From an uncultured Nitrospiraceae bacterium (lineage in GTDB: Bacteria > Nitrospirota > Nitrospiria > Nitrospirales > Nitrospiraceae), in assembly GCA_963730935.1 (NCBI GenBank), contig CAVSTP010000004.1:960001-1024000 (forward strand): 64,000 nt of DNA. The letters are read 5' to 3'. Of the stretch, positions 1-10,418 are shown in pieces (position 1 is the stretch's first letter; each line of letters starts with the position of its first letter). The notes beneath the pieces were generated by a model that searched no databases, was not told where the DNA came from, and saw nothing but the letters and a program-made list of their open reading frames with translations. The position numbers and the translations under genes are program-made.

Positions 1-2
1 GC

Positions 3-503
3 GTGGAAAAAATCCTGCGCTATCCAGATGCGCTGATCAGACGGGAAGCCATCAGAACGCTGGCCGGCCTCAAGCCGAGCGGTAGCGCGGCGAAACTCAT
101 TCCGCTGCTGAACGACGCGGACGAAGGCGTGCGCTTGGCGACGCTCAAGCCCCTGTTGAACGGCCATTACACGGCGACGTTCTCCCTCTGGGATCCGATC
201 GTTAACGCAGAGAACTTCAACGATCGCGATCCGGCCGAGAAACGGAATATCTTCCACGCGATACGGGTGACGGCCGGAGACGACGCGGTCCCGTATTGGA
301 CCACTCTGCTGACCGAATGGGGATGGACTAACAGGAAAAAGCGCGAAGACCTCGCGCTGTTGGCCGTCGACGCCTTGGGCAAACTTGGGACTGCCGCCGC
401 GCTGGCCGCGTTGGACACCGGTGCCAAGAAAGGCACCGCAGCGGTCAAGCAAGCGTGCGCAACGGCGATGGCTAGCGCCACGAAACATCAGCGGACTGCA
501 TAA
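3..503 (+). CDS. HEAT-repeat protein, C-terminal part (begins before the window)
   Basis: HEAT-like motifs (IRREAIRTLA, LIPLLNDADEGVRLA, AVDALGKLG); ORF open at window edge. Confidence 0.8.
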   Translation: MEKILRYPDALIRREAIRTLAGLKPSGSAAKLIPLLNDADEGVRLATLKPLLNGHYTATFSLWDPIVNAENFNDRDPAEKRNIFHAIRVTAGDDAVPYWTTLLTEWGWTNRKKREDLALLAVDALGKLGTAAALAALDTGAKKGTAAVKQACATAMASATKHQRTA

Positions 504-532
504 CATCGGAAGACATTCAAGGATGTCCCTTC

Positions 533-2026
533 ATGGCTGATCCACTCCGCGTGCCCGACATCGCAGCGGCTCAACCGATCCTGACGCACGAGAAGTCGCT
601 GACCAAAAAGGTCGCCAAAGGTTCGGAGGCCGGCGACATTTATGACCAGCAAATCTTGATGCTGGGAACCCAGTTGGTCACGCAGATCAGCATTCTGATC
701 AAGATGTCCAAACTGCACGGGCGCACCAACACGGCGCTGGACAGTCCCGTGGAAAGCGCCCTCACCGTCATCAAGACGCTCGCCCAGGATGAACCGATTT
801 CCGTGCGCCTGCAGAATGACTTTCTCTTCCTCGGCCAGCGGCATCTAAAAATCACGGCCGCCCAAATGCCGGTCTTTTCCACCGTCATCGACACGCTAAA
901 TCAGTGGCGCATCGGAGGCGTGTCCTTCTCCAAGGACGTGGAGTCGCGGGACTTTCGTGAGTTGATCTTTCAATTGGGCATGTTCGATGCGGCGAACAGC
1001 TCAATCTCGACGCTGCGCACTTCCCTTGACCAGCAATCTGTCAAAGGGATCGAACTCGAGGAGCGGCGTGTACTGCGCGGCAAGTCCTCGGCCAAGAGCC
1101 GGTATGCCAATGCGGCCACCGCGGTGGGCACGCTGGTGCAAGACAGCCGCGAGAAAGGCACGATCGGCTTCAAGCAAGCCAAACGCGCCATCCAAAGCAT
1201 CGTCGATCTGATGATGAACGACGAGGCATCACTCTTGGGCCTGACGACGCTTCGCTGCCATGATCAGTATACGCATAACCATTCGGTCAACGTCGCCCTG
1301 CTGTCCATGGCGCTCGGCAACCGCGCCGGCTATCCTAAGGTCGAGCTTGCGGATTTAGGGCTCGCGGCGCTGTTTCACGATCTGGGCAAGGCCACGATTC
1401 CAATGGAAGTACTGAACAAGCCCGGCGAATTCACCGAAGAGGAATGGGCCATGATGCGCAATCATCCCACGGAAGGCGCGCTCAGCTTGGCCAAGATGCG
1501 AGGCATTACCAACCTCCCCGGTCGGATGGCATCGGCCTCATTCGAACACCATATGAATCTCGACTTTTCAGGCTATCCGAAATTAAACGTTTCCTGGAAA
1601 CTGTCCATGACAGGACGGATCCTCATGATCGCCGACTGTTATGATGCCATGACCTCCTCGCGGGTGTATCGGCGTGAACCGATGTCGCCGTCGAAAGTCT
1701 TGGGCTTCATGTTCGGTAAAGCGGGAAAATCCTTCGACGCCACGCTGATGAAACTGTTCATGACATGCGTCGGCATCATTCCCATCGGCAGCCTCGTCCT
1801 GCTCGACAGCAATGAGTTGGCCGTCGTGCTCAAGCCGACGGCGGATCCGGCCGAGGCGGAGTATCCCTATGTGAAAGTCATCACGGATACGCAGGGAGCT
1901 CCGGTTGACAACGGCCGTGAAATCGATCTTCGTGAAAAGGACGAGAACGGGGAATACCGCAACTACATCATTCGACTCATCGACAACACCGAGCACAAAT
2001 TCGACACCAGCCGATACTTCGTCTGA
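533..2026 (+). CDS. HD-GYP domain phosphohydrolase (c-di-GMP phosphodiesterase family)
   Basis: YTHNHSVNV, LFHDLGK, EHH..DFSGYP, IADCYDAMTS motifs. Confidence 0.9.
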   Translation: MADPLRVPDIAAAQPILTHEKSLTKKVAKGSEAGDIYDQQILMLGTQLVTQISILIKMSKLHGRTNTALDSPVESALTVIKTLAQDEPISVRLQNDFLFLGQRHLKITAAQMPVFSTVIDTLNQWRIGGVSFSKDVESRDFRELIFQLGMFDAANSSISTLRTSLDQQSVKGIELEERRVLRGKSSAKSRYANAATAVGTLVQDSREKGTIGFKQAKRAIQSIVDLMMNDEASLLGLTTLRCHDQYTHNHSVNVALLSMALGNRAGYPKVELADLGLAALFHDLGKATIPMEVLNKPGEFTEEEWAMMRNHPTEGALSLAKMRGITNLPGRMASASFEHHMNLDFSGYPKLNVSWKLSMTGRILMIADCYDAMTSSRVYRREPMSPSKVLGFMFGKAGKSFDATLMKLFMTCVGIIPIGSLVLLDSNELAVVLKPTADPAEAEYPYVKVITDTQGAPVDNGREIDLREKDENGEYRNYIIRLIDNTEHKFDTSRYFV

Positions 2027-2148
2027 CGGCCGACGGCGCGGGGCCGCTCATGACACGGCTCTCCGGCTCCCTTGACAGTGCTACCCTCTGCCGTTATTCT
2101 CCCCTATTCAATACAGCGCGGCCTCTCATCCACTAAGGAGCGGACACT

Positions 2149-2712
2149 ATGCCTATGGCGAAGACCCCTTGGGGTCAGATTATTGTTGCACTGGCGATCA
2201 TTGGAGTATGGCTCATCAGTCCGGTATCAGGCGCTCGCGCGGCGGATGCCTTTAAGATGGGCGTCATCGATCCACAGACGGTCCTGGAAAAATCGAAAGC
2301 CGGAAAGAAAGCCCTGGACGGTCTCAAGGAATACGTTTCGACCAGACAGAAGCTGCTCTCCCGGGACGAGGAGGATTTGCGCAATACGGAGAAAACCCTG
2401 AAGGAAGCCGCCTCGAAGCTGAGCGAGGGGGAAAAGAAAGAGAAGGAAGCGCAATTCCGAACCAAGATACAGGAGTACCAAAAGCGGGCGCAGGAGTTCA
2501 ATCAGGAGCTCCAGGGCAAGCAAAAGGAGCTCGTCGACGACTATATGAAGCGGATCGCCTCGGCGACTCAGACCGTCGCTGAGAAGGGAGGCTTTTCCAT
2601 CGTCGTCGATAAAGGCAGCGAGCAAACCATCAAGATCGTCATCTACAGCAAAGACACCATCGACCTGACAGAGCAGGTGATCAAGGAATTCGACCGGGTC
2701 AACAACAAGTAA
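2149..2712 (+). CDS. skp: OmpH/Skp periplasmic outer-membrane protein chaperone
   Basis: Signal peptide, KMGVIDPQTVL, coiled coil, IDLTEQVIK C-terminus; AAGGAG RBS. Confidence 0.9.
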   Translation: MPMAKTPWGQIIVALAIIGVWLISPVSGARAADAFKMGVIDPQTVLEKSKAGKKALDGLKEYVSTRQKLLSRDEEDLRNTEKTLKEAASKLSEGEKKEKEAQFRTKIQEYQKRAQEFNQELQGKQKELVDDYMKRIASATQTVAEKGGFSIVVDKGSEQTIKIVIYSKDTIDLTEQVIKEFDRVNNK

Positions 2713-2725
2713 TTCAGTCTTCAGA

Positions 2726-2755
2726 TGACGGAACTTCGCCGGCGAAGTTCCGTCA
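2726..2755. terminator. Perfect 30-bp palindrome between convergent genes, probable bidirectional terminator
   Basis: TGACGGAACTTCGCC|GGCGAAGTTCCGTCA between skp and the rhodanese stop. Confidence 0.6.
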
Positions 2756-3121
2756 CGATTCCATCGGGTATCCCGCTTCTCTCCAGGCTTTGATGCCGCC
2801 GTCCATCGAAGTCACGTTCGTATAGCCCATCTGAGTAAGGGCATCTGCAGCCAGCGCCGACCGGTAGCCTCCCCCGCAGTACAAAAGAATCGAGGCCTGC
2901 TTGTCGGGCACCAGCGTCTCGATATCCCGTTCAATGACGCCCTTGCCGAGGTGCCGTGCGCCCTTAGCATGATCCTTCGCGAACTCATGATCTTCGCGCA
3001 CATCGAGAAAGTGTGCGACCTCGCCCCGATCCAGCCTGGCTTTCGCGTCGGCGATCGAGCACTCCTTCACCCGAGCCCGTGCGGCGTTCACTAAGTTCAC
3101 AAACCCCGGATTATGCTTCAT
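2753..3121 (-). CDS. Rhodanese-like sulfurtransferase
   Basis: LDVREDHEF, LYCGGGYRSAL, MDGGIKAW; start at MKHNPG after GAGAGGGG. Confidence 0.9.
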   Translation of the reverse strand: MKHNPGFVNLVNAARARVKECSIADAKARLDRGEVAHFLDVREDHEFAKDHAKGARHLGKGVIERDIETLVPDKQASILLYCGGGYRSALAADALTQMGYTNVTSMDGGIKAWREAGYPMES

Positions 3122-3137
3122 CGTCGATCCCCTCTCG

Positions 3138-4151
3138 TCAGAACAATCGCGTCTGCTCGCGTCCGGGACGGCGGAAGGTATCGGGCACGGGCCCGTCGTC
3201 GAAATCGGCAAATCCTGCCTTCCGCTTCGCCACACGAAACAGCTGTTCAATCATCGTCCAATACGGCCCAGCGCCGTGATGCCTCGAGAAGAATGCGCTA
3301 TCCGTCATGGCGCCCCCGCGGACTTCCTGAATCCGGTGCGCCATTTTGGCGAATCGCTCCGGAAACGCTTCCGACATGCGCTCGACAAACACGGCTTCAA
3401 CGGATTTAGCCAGCCGCAGCAGCGTCGACATCGCCTCGCTGGCGCCTGCTTGCCGAGCACGCTGCAGTAATTCCGGGATGTCCTCATCGTTGAGCCCCGG
3501 GATAATGGGTGAAATCGAAATGCCGGTCGAGATGCCGGCTTCCGACAAGCGGGCCATGGCGTCGAAGCGCTTACGGCTTGTCGGGGCCTGAGGTTCTACC
3601 CTGCGGGCAACCTCCTCGTCGGCAAACGGAATGCTAAAGTAGACTCTGACCCAGGCCTCCTGGTGTAAACGCTTGAGCACATCGAGATCCCGCTGCACCA
3701 GGACACCCTTCGTGATGATCGCGACGGGATTGCGATACTCAGCGCAGACTTCGAGGCAGGCGCGCGTCAATTCCAACGAGGCTTCCATCGGCTGGTAACA
3801 ATCGGTGTTGCCGGAGAAGACGATCAACTCGCCCTTCCAGGAAGGTCTTTCGAACGCCTGACGCAACAGCGTGGCGGCATCGCGTTTGACCACAATCTTC
3901 GATTCGAAGTCAGTCCCCGCGCCGAAGCCCCAGTACTCGTGGGTGGGTCTGGCATAACAATATGCGCAGGCATGGAAGCAGCCACGGTAGGGGTTCACGC
4001 TCCAGCGGAAGGACAGGTCAGGGCTGTCGTTCCTGCTGAGAATCTCCCGGCTCGAATCGTCGTACATTTCGAGCCGGGTGGCAGACGCCGGTTCGAGGAG
4101 ATCACGGTGTCTCGACTCGTAGGGATTCGGTGGATTGGAAATCGGCCGCAT
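3138..4151 (-). CDS. Radical SAM protein (PA0069/Rv2578c-like)
   Basis: NPYRGCFHACAYCYARPTH CxxxCxxC motif, SGNTDCYQP. Confidence 0.9.
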   Translation of the reverse strand: MRPISNPPNPYESRHRDLLEPASATRLEMYDDSSREILSRNDSPDLSFRWSVNPYRGCFHACAYCYARPTHEYWGFGAGTDFESKIVVKRDAATLLRQAFERPSWKGELIVFSGNTDCYQPMEASLELTRACLEVCAEYRNPVAIITKGVLVQRDLDVLKRLHQEAWVRVYFSIPFADEEVARRVEPQAPTSRKRFDAMARLSEAGISTGISISPIIPGLNDEDIPELLQRARQAGASEAMSTLLRLAKSVEAVFVERMSEAFPERFAKMAHRIQEVRGGAMTDSAFFSRHHGAGPYWTMIEQLFRVAKRKAGFADFDDGPVPDTFRRPGREQTRLF

Positions 4152-4264
4152 GCGCTCATGGTCTCTCCCCTCCACCAAGACTGTCAACCCGCCGAGGCGT
4201 TCCGTTCATTGACTCCACCAAACCTCGATGTTAGATTCCAGCCGCTCATCGGGAACGCCTGTCA

Positions 4265-5551
4265 ATGTACGATTTGCGCCATCTCCGCGAGAATTTCGAT
4301 CATATCCGCGGGCAGCTCGGTACTCGGGGACGCGACGTCCAATGGGATGAGTTACGGAAACTCCTGGACGAACGGCGCGCCCTCTCCATGCAAGTGGAGG
4401 AGCTTCGGGCGGACCTCAACAAAGGCTCAGAAGAAGTCGCTCGGTTGAAACGGCAGAAGCAGCCGGCCGACGAAGCCGTTGCGGCCATGAAGCGAGTCGG
4501 TGAACGCATTGCAGAATGCGAAGCGGTGCTCCGGACGACCGAAGAGAAGGTCAACAACATCGCGCTGCGCATCCCCAACCTGGCCCATTCCTCAGTGCCG
4601 ATGGGGCAAAGTGCCGATGGGAATCTCGAAGTCCGTCGCTGGGGCCAGCTCCCGGCATTGGCGGCGCCGCCGAAGAGTCATTGGGACATCGGCGAGCAGC
4701 TGGGCATTCTGGACTTCGACCGTGCAGCGAAGATTACCGGGGCGCGGTTCGCCGTCCTTACGGGGGCAGGCGCCAGGCTCGAGCGGGCGCTCATCAACTT
4801 CATGTTGGACATGCATACTTCAGAACACGGGTATCGGGAAGTCCTGCCTCCCTTCATGGTCAATCGCACGGCCATGACCGGCACAGGGCAGCTTCCCAAA
4901 TTTGAAGAAGATCTGTTTCGGCTGCGGGATGAAGATTACTTTCTGATTCCCACAGCGGAAGTCCCCCTGACGAATCTCCATCGGGACGAGATCCTCAGCC
5001 AGTCCTCATTGCCCATTCGGTATACCGCCTATACCCCCTGCTTTCGTCGAGAAGCCGGTTCTTACGGGAAGGACACGAGAGGATTGATTCGCCTCCACCA
5101 ATTCAACAAGGTGGAATTGGTGGCGTTCACTTCACCGGAGCAATCGTATGAGGAACTGGAGCGGCTGACCGGCCATGCAGAGGCCGTGCTGCAGCGGCTT
5201 GGACTTCATCACCGGGTGATGACGCTTTGCACCGGCGACATGGGATTTGCCGCAGCCAAAACCTACGACCTCGAAGTCTGGCTCCCGTCTCAGAATCACT
5301 TCAGGGAAATTTCCTCCTGCAGCAACTTCGAAGCATTTCAGGCCAGGCGCGCCGGCATTCGCTTCAAAGGCGCCGGCGGAAAAAAAGAATCCAAGACGGA
5401 CCTCGTTCACACATTAAATGGTTCCGGACTTGCTGTCGGACGCACCCTCGTCGCGATCCTGGAAAACTATCAACAGCCGGACGGCACGGTGGGTATTCCT
5501 CCTGTCCTACGGCAGTATATGGGAGGCCTGGAACGAATCACCAAGACGTAG
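4265..5551 (+). CDS. serS: Seryl-tRNA synthetase
   Basis: [52 protein letters not shown]. Confidence 0.99.
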   Translation: MYDLRHLRENFDHIRGQLGTRGRDVQWDELRKLLDERRALSMQVEELRADLNKGSEEVARLKRQKQPADEAVAAMKRVGERIAECEAVLRTTEEKVNNIALRIPNLAHSSVPMGQSADGNLEVRRWGQLPALAAPPKSHWDIGEQLGILDFDRAAKITGARFAVLTGAGARLERALINFMLDMHTSEHGYREVLPPFMVNRTAMTGTGQLPKFEEDLFRLRDEDYFLIPTAEVPLTNLHRDEILSQSSLPIRYTAYTPCFRREAGSYGKDTRGLIRLHQFNKVELVAFTSPEQSYEELERLTGHAEAVLQRLGLHHRVMTLCTGDMGFAAAKTYDLEVWLPSQNHFREISSCSNFEAFQARRAGIRFKGAGGKKESKTDLVHTLNGSGLAVGRTLVAILENYQQPDGTVGIPPVLRQYMGGLERITKT

Positions 5552-5624
5552 AACACACAAGGTGTCTATGCGGGGTGGCCTAATGAGATCTCCCACGCCT
5601 ACGCTGCACGTCCTCGCCTCACCG

Positions 5625-6227
5625 CTAGCAGTATTTATCAGGAGCTCCGGGTGTCGATCGAGTCCTAGTTCGAGTAATGCCTAACTTCTTCATCTTGTAC
5701 TGAAGAGATGTGCGCTTCATGCCTAGCTTGGTCGCGGCACCGGATACGCCACCGATGACCCATCGGCATTCTTCGAGCATCCGAAGGATCAGGTCGCGCT
5801 GAGTAGCTACAAGGCTTGGGGTTGGGGGATCGATACGATCGTGGCGAGATGATGTCTTGGCCGCCTCAGTCATGAGATGCAATAGGGATTGGCATTTCTC
5901 CTGAATCCCTGTCCAAAAAAAGTTGTTAAGTCTGGCTTCGGCATTCGTGCTCCATTTGACAAACTTGACGCCGAAGTGTGTTCCGATAGCCCACTGTACG
6001 GTGGCATCCTCGATAATGACCGGTTCTTGGTCGTTAGAGAGATAGAAGACTAGCGCCAGTCGCATTCCGACTTGAACCGGATCCTGGCTTTCGATTCGAA
6101 GCCCTTCTCGCGAGACATCGATTGCCCGTCCCTTGGCCATTCTCTCAGGAGTGAGATAGTTGATCGAAGCCTGGAGGGGTATGCGGGGCACGCATCGATC
6201 CGTCCGTGCCTTCTCGTATATGGCCAT
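5625..6227 (-). CDS. PilZ domain protein with C-terminal Fis-type HTH
   Basis: RCVPR and DVSREG PilZ motifs; C-terminal LEECRWVIGGVSGAATKLGMKRTSLQYKMKKLGI HTH. Confidence 0.8.
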   Translation of the reverse strand: MAIYEKARTDRCVPRIPLQASINYLTPERMAKGRAIDVSREGLRIESQDPVQVGMRLALVFYLSNDQEPVIIEDATVQWAIGTHFGVKFVKWSTNAEARLNNFFWTGIQEKCQSLLHLMTEAAKTSSRHDRIDPPTPSLVATQRDLILRMLEECRWVIGGVSGAATKLGMKRTSLQYKMKKLGITRTRTRSTPGAPDKYC

Positions 6228-6339
6228 ATTTCACCTATGGCGGGGATAGTTATTAATTGGCCATCGATACCTCAAAATATGCTCCGACGGCGACGGTCTG
6301 TCACGTGTTACAGCATAAATTGCAGCCGACTCTCACCTC

Positions 6340-7290
6340 TCACAGCGGAGCCAGTTTTCTGCACATGTCTGTGATCTGGCGCTGCACGCTTGGTCGCACT
6401 TTGGTAAAGCCGAGGCCGAACTCCCGATGACCATTCCATCGAACGGTGGCTTCCTCCACGGCAAACAGATGGCCATTCTGCGGATAGATCCAACACTCGA
6501 CCGTGGTTCCCAGAGGGACTCGCACGGGACACGTAATCCGGCAGCCCGAAGCGGAGAGATCTCGTATCTCACCCTCACCGGTCACAATGGGTGTCTTCGA
6601 GGAAAATTGGCTCAACATCTGGACGGCTATCCGACCCTGGCGGCGTCGCTCTACCGCCTTTTGAGCCGGCACCGATGGATCCATTGGCCATGACGAACTC
6701 CAGTGCTTGGCTGGGGTCTCCAGATGGTCTCTCTCTCGAACACTCGAAGAGATGTGCAGGACTGGGCGAACGGTCTCTAGCATGTCCCCATACCGAACAA
6801 GTCGTTGCCAGGTCTGGCTCAGCAATGAAGCCACCTGTGGCTTGAGTTGTTCCCAGAGCTTGAAGACGTCTTCCTTCTGATGTGCGGTCCAGAGACGACG
6901 ACGAGACCTGAGTCTGCCTGAACTTAGGTCTTGAATCCGAACGTCCACGTCCTGGAAATTCGGGTGCTCTCGTCTAATCCGCCGATAGACCACTAGGGCT
7001 TCAAACTCCTGGTCGAGCGATTCCAGCGTCTGGGCCAGCAAATACTGGATGTGCACGCGTTCGAGGGTGGAGAAGGGCCCGGTGTCTAGCGCCTGACGGA
7101 AGGCCGTGACCGCTTCGTCCTCGCGTCCCAATGTTCGGAGGCACACCCCCACCTGCGCAAATGCTTTGCCTGCCTGCTGCTGGTCGGTTGTAGCTTGTTG
7201 AAACGCCGTGAGAGCCATGTCGAAAACCTGGACCTTCTTCAGAAGCAGCCCACGCTCATAAAACCCCAATCCGGACATTTTTTCTGACAT
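6340..7290 (-). CDS. TPR-repeat plus C-terminal PilZ domain protein
   Basis: N-terminal TPR-like helices; ERRRQGR and DLSASG motifs; GGAGGAGG RBS. Confidence 0.8.
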   Translation of the reverse strand: MSEKMSGLGFYERGLLLKKVQVFDMALTAFQQATTDQQQAGKAFAQVGVCLRTLGREDEAVTAFRQALDTGPFSTLERVHIQYLLAQTLESLDQEFEALVVYRRIRREHPNFQDVDVRIQDLSSGRLRSRRRLWTAHQKEDVFKLWEQLKPQVASLLSQTWQRLVRYGDMLETVRPVLHISSSVRERDHLETPAKHWSSSWPMDPSVPAQKAVERRRQGRIAVQMLSQFSSKTPIVTGEGEIRDLSASGCRITCPVRVPLGTTVECWIYPQNGHLFAVEEATVRWNGHREFGLGFTKVRPSVQRQITDMCRKLAPL

Positions 7291-7589
7291 ATAGCCCTCC
7301 TCCCATGGTCGTTAAATGGGGTTGGATCGGATGAGCCAATGAGCAAGAATGAAGCCGTCCAGGAGAGCGGCTATTAGAGCAGCACGAGGTATTGGCAGGT
7401 TCACAGATAATGGCTGGAAAATACGCGCCACCGAGCGCCAGGCTCAAATCCGTTGTGTTTTGGCACGTTCCAACCGACCCCAGTTAAGCGGGTTTGAGGG
7501 TGGGACAGTAAAAACGATGGTGCGTGGGTGGCGCATAGAGCGGGTAGCGAAGAATACGTATTGCCGCATCCTGCGGCCGGATGATCATA

Positions 7590-7935
7590 GAATTCCTGTG
7601 CAAAAGGTTTGAGGCCTGTCTTGATGCGGCCGGCCTTGGGCGTATTCGCTTCCATGAGTTGCGCCATACGTTTGCCAGTCTGCATTCATCAACAGGCCAA
7701 TCCAAAGTAGATTCAGGAGCAGCTCGGACACGGTAGCATCAGCATTAGACTCGATGTATACTCGCACCTCTTTCATGGAGAACATCGGCACCACGTTCAG
7801 CGCTTGGACGATCCCGAAACCACCTCTTTTCTGTCCGAATCTGCAGCCCAGTTGCAACCTACGGAAAATGTGTTAGGACTAGCACCGATCGCAAGCGTAA
7901 GAAGTCATGTGAGAAATTGCATATTGGAGGGGTGA
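7590..7935 (+). pseudogene. Tyrosine integrase C-terminal remnant (frameshift and stop), frame runs into the tRNA-Ser 5' end
   Basis: Hand translation: RIRFHELRHTFASL / ANPK*IQEQLGHGSISIRLDVYSHL (HxxR, LGH, catalytic Y). Confidence 0.85.
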
Positions 7936-8015
7936 CGGAGTGGCCGAACGTGCCGGTCTTGAAAACCGGAGACCTCGTAAGGGGTCCGCGAGTTCAAATC
8001 TCGCCCCCTCCGCCA
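7926..8015 (+). tRNA. tRNA-Ser(TGA)
   Basis: Acceptor GGAGGGG/CCCCTCC, anticodon arm CCGGT-CTTGAAA-ACCGG, long variable arm, TTCAAAT, GCCA. Confidence 0.97.
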
Positions 8016-8066
8016 TTATTCAATGGCTTGCACGACATAGGTATCAGCATCCTTAGCATCGTCATC

Positions 8067-8285
8067 AAATTACGATGTGGTCGAAGCGACAACAGGCCGA
8101 TCTGGGCTAGATATTTGCGCAAGACAACCGATTGATTGTGTGGTTCTTGAGCTTGACCTGCTGGACATGTCCGGTTTGGAGGTATTGGCAAAGCTCGTTC
8201 CCCGTTTCTATCATCCCGAGATCGCCGTGATCATCCTGACAAGGCTCCCCATCCCTTCCTCTTAGACCTCGCAATCAAGCACGGC
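8067..8285 (+). pseudogene. Receiver-domain fragment, decayed paralog of 12552-12962
   Basis: TTGRSGLDICARQPIDCVVLELDL nearly identical to the 12552 ORF; 5' end missing, frameshifted. Confidence 0.8.
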
Positions 8286-8359
8286 CATCCATCCTCAGGG
8301 CCATTCGAGGGTGCAAATGCTGCATAGACTCGCTAGTTGACTGTTGGAGCAACTACGAG

Positions 8360-8528
8360 GGTCATCGTCGTCGATGACTATCCCCACGTTCGGCGGCTCT
8401 TGCGAGCGAAAAAGCTATGACCTGGTGCGGCCGTGGTCATCAATAAGAGCGACGTGTTGAGCGCGCTGTATCCGGCCATCGTCGATTCACTCAAACGAAT
8501 TCCTTCTCAGACGGCGAAAGATAAATGA
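8360..8528 (+). pseudogene. Receiver-domain relic with internal deletion, paralog of 13045-13473
   Basis: GTCGATGACTATCCCCACGTT joined to a near-identical copy of the 13045 gene's 3' end. Confidence 0.8.
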
Positions 8529-8802
8529 CAACTGCCGATTCCTGCCACTGTACAGGTTGCGCAAAGTGTCAACGACAGGACAACCACTGTCGGCGCTCAG
8601 TCGTATTTGACGTTGACCATCTGTGCGAAGAGTGTCACGAACAAGCGGCTCGCTTGTCCCACGGTTCTCATTCCTCCGATCCTCGGTACCCGAGTTGAAG
8701 ATTCCCTCTAGGTTAAGTGTAGGTAGCCCAAACCCCTACGGCTACTAGGCCCTAGTCCATATTTCAAAATCTGATGTACCCTAGCGCTGTATACGACTAC
8801 CT

Positions 8803-9090
8803 ATGCGCGAAGAACAAAAGTGCGTTCCACAAAATCTGAAGGTCATACGAGAGTATTTGCTGAAGGCATTCCCAGGATTCAACTTAATCGAGGACACATC
8901 CGAACCAAGCGTCTGCCATCGGTTCACGTTGACGAATGCGAAGACTTTTGAGCAGTTCAAATTGAAGGTAGGATGGGTTCGGCTTTCAGACCTATCCAGT
9001 GACGGCGAGATGATGCGGCGATTACTCGTGAACAGCGACTTGGCTGGCAAGATGCGGAATGAGGAGAAAGACCAGTACTACTACTGGTGA
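8803..9090 (+). CDS. 95-aa hypothetical protein, MREEQK family copy 1
   Basis: Near-identical copies at 15215 and 25727 with conserved upstream region. Confidence 0.8.
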   Translation: MREEQKCVPQNLKVIREYLLKAFPGFNLIEDTSEPSVCHRFTLTNAKTFEQFKLKVGWVRLSDLSSDGEMMRRLLVNSDLAGKMRNEEKDQYYYW

Positions 9091-9119
9091 ACGACTAGGG
9101 CTCTCCGGCTATCCGAGTT

Positions 9120-9329
9120 TTAGGCGGTGATTTGAGTGCTGCTGGTTTCGGTTAGGGGAGGCATTGGGTGTTGGTTGGAGGCCGTTCGCGAAAGGAATTT
9201 TCGGGAAACCTCATTTAGGTAATATTCAAGTAAGCTGCGCTCATCCTCAGTCAACACTAACTCTGTCGAAAGTAAGCGCTCGCATCCGTTGGTCCAGTCG
9301 CATACTTCTTCACCTATGTGATATTTCAT
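9120..9329 (-). CDS. 69-aa hypothetical protein, CERLLS family copy 1
   Basis: Near-identical copy at 16357; distant paralog at 19921; GGGGGGTG RBS-like. Confidence 0.7.
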   Translation of the reverse strand: MKYHIGEEVCDWTNGCERLLSTELVLTEDERSLLEYYLNEVSRKFLSRTASNQHPMPPLTETSSTQITA

Positions 9330-9430
9330 AATTCACCCCCCTTTCACATCACTGTTCTTGTTGTTCAGTCGCGAAAACTAACGGCGAAAGCACTGAAAAT
9401 TTGGTAAGCAAAGCTGCTAGGTGTGCCAGC

Positions 9431-9592
9431 CTACGTTGTAGAAAGTCGTCCTGTTAGCAGCAATATCACCAGAATAAGCAGAACCAATCCGAGTCCGCCG
9501 CTCGGATAGTAGCCCCAGTTGGCGCTATAAGGCCATGTGGGTAACGCTCCAACCAGTAGCAGGATCAAGACTACAAGCAGAATGGTATTCAT
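9431..9592 (-). CDS. DUF3309-family small membrane protein (53 aa, not in ORF track)
   Basis: MNTILLVVLILLLVGALPTWPYSANWGYYPSGGLGLVLLILVILLLTGRLSTT; AAGGAGG RBS. Confidence 0.9.
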   Translation of the reverse strand: MNTILLVVLILLLVGALPTWPYSANWGYYPSGGLGLVLLILVILLLTGRLSTT

Positions 9593-9779
9593 GTAGGCCT
9601 CCTTAGTTAGCTACTTATAGGGTCTCAGCGTGACCAAGAAGTTACTACTAGGATTTATCCTGGAGTGGGGCAGGGTAATCTTCCACTCTCCCCGCAGGCC
9701 ATGATCAATCACCTCCTGCATTGGGGATTTCGATAGTGGCGGATTCGTTTCCACTGGCCCTATCCTAAGTTTTATCGCT

Positions 9780-9983
9780 ATGAATCGCGAAACCAGAGAT
9801 TCGCCACACTGCCTGAATTGTGAAAGCACCCTCTCCCCCAGAAGCGTGATCCACGTGGGTAACGGAGTCACCGTCCAGCCATATGAATGCATCACCTGTG
9901 GTCGTCAGTGGTACGCAGTCAATACGGGACACCGGGTAATCTTCACATCACCACCTTCCCCGGCATCCTCCTCGGGCAACTAA
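9780..9983 (+). CDS. Small zinc-ribbon protein
   Basis: CLNC...YECITCGRQW. Confidence 0.55.
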   Translation: MNRETRDSPHCLNCESTLSPRSVIHVGNGVTVQPYECITCGRQWYAVNTGHRVIFTSPPSPASSSGN

Positions 9984-10418
9984 GGCATGTAAAGAGAAAC
10001 GAGGGCATGTCCAGGAGAGCGGGTTGTCACAGTAGGGCGGAGGTGTTCGCCTACCGGAAGGGTGCGCTGCGGAGGCGACCGGGACTTGACGTGGCTAAGT
10101 GGCAGGCCGGTATTTGTATCGAGGCTGCCGTGGACGCGGCTTTACCTGACTGGCCTATGGCGTGGCAGCAGACACCCCTTCACAAAGATGGCCTCCACCC
10201 TGCCCTGCGTAGGCAATCCCCCTATATCAACTCGTAAACCAACCACGTATATGATTCGCAGCCTCCGAGAAAAGGCAGCAGAAGAGCCATCAATATCAAT
10301 GGTTCTTTCATACGTGCCTTCCTGTTCGGATCAACATGACTTAGGAACAGGCTCGCTACGCCCTTAAACCGGTTAAGCAAACGGGAAAGAAGCATGCAAT
10401 TTCACTCTATTATCTTGA

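Noticed and set aside
7917..8135. 72-aa ORF, and ORFs at 22761, 43400, 28366, 42247
   Set aside because: Translations of tRNA or att sequences, not genes
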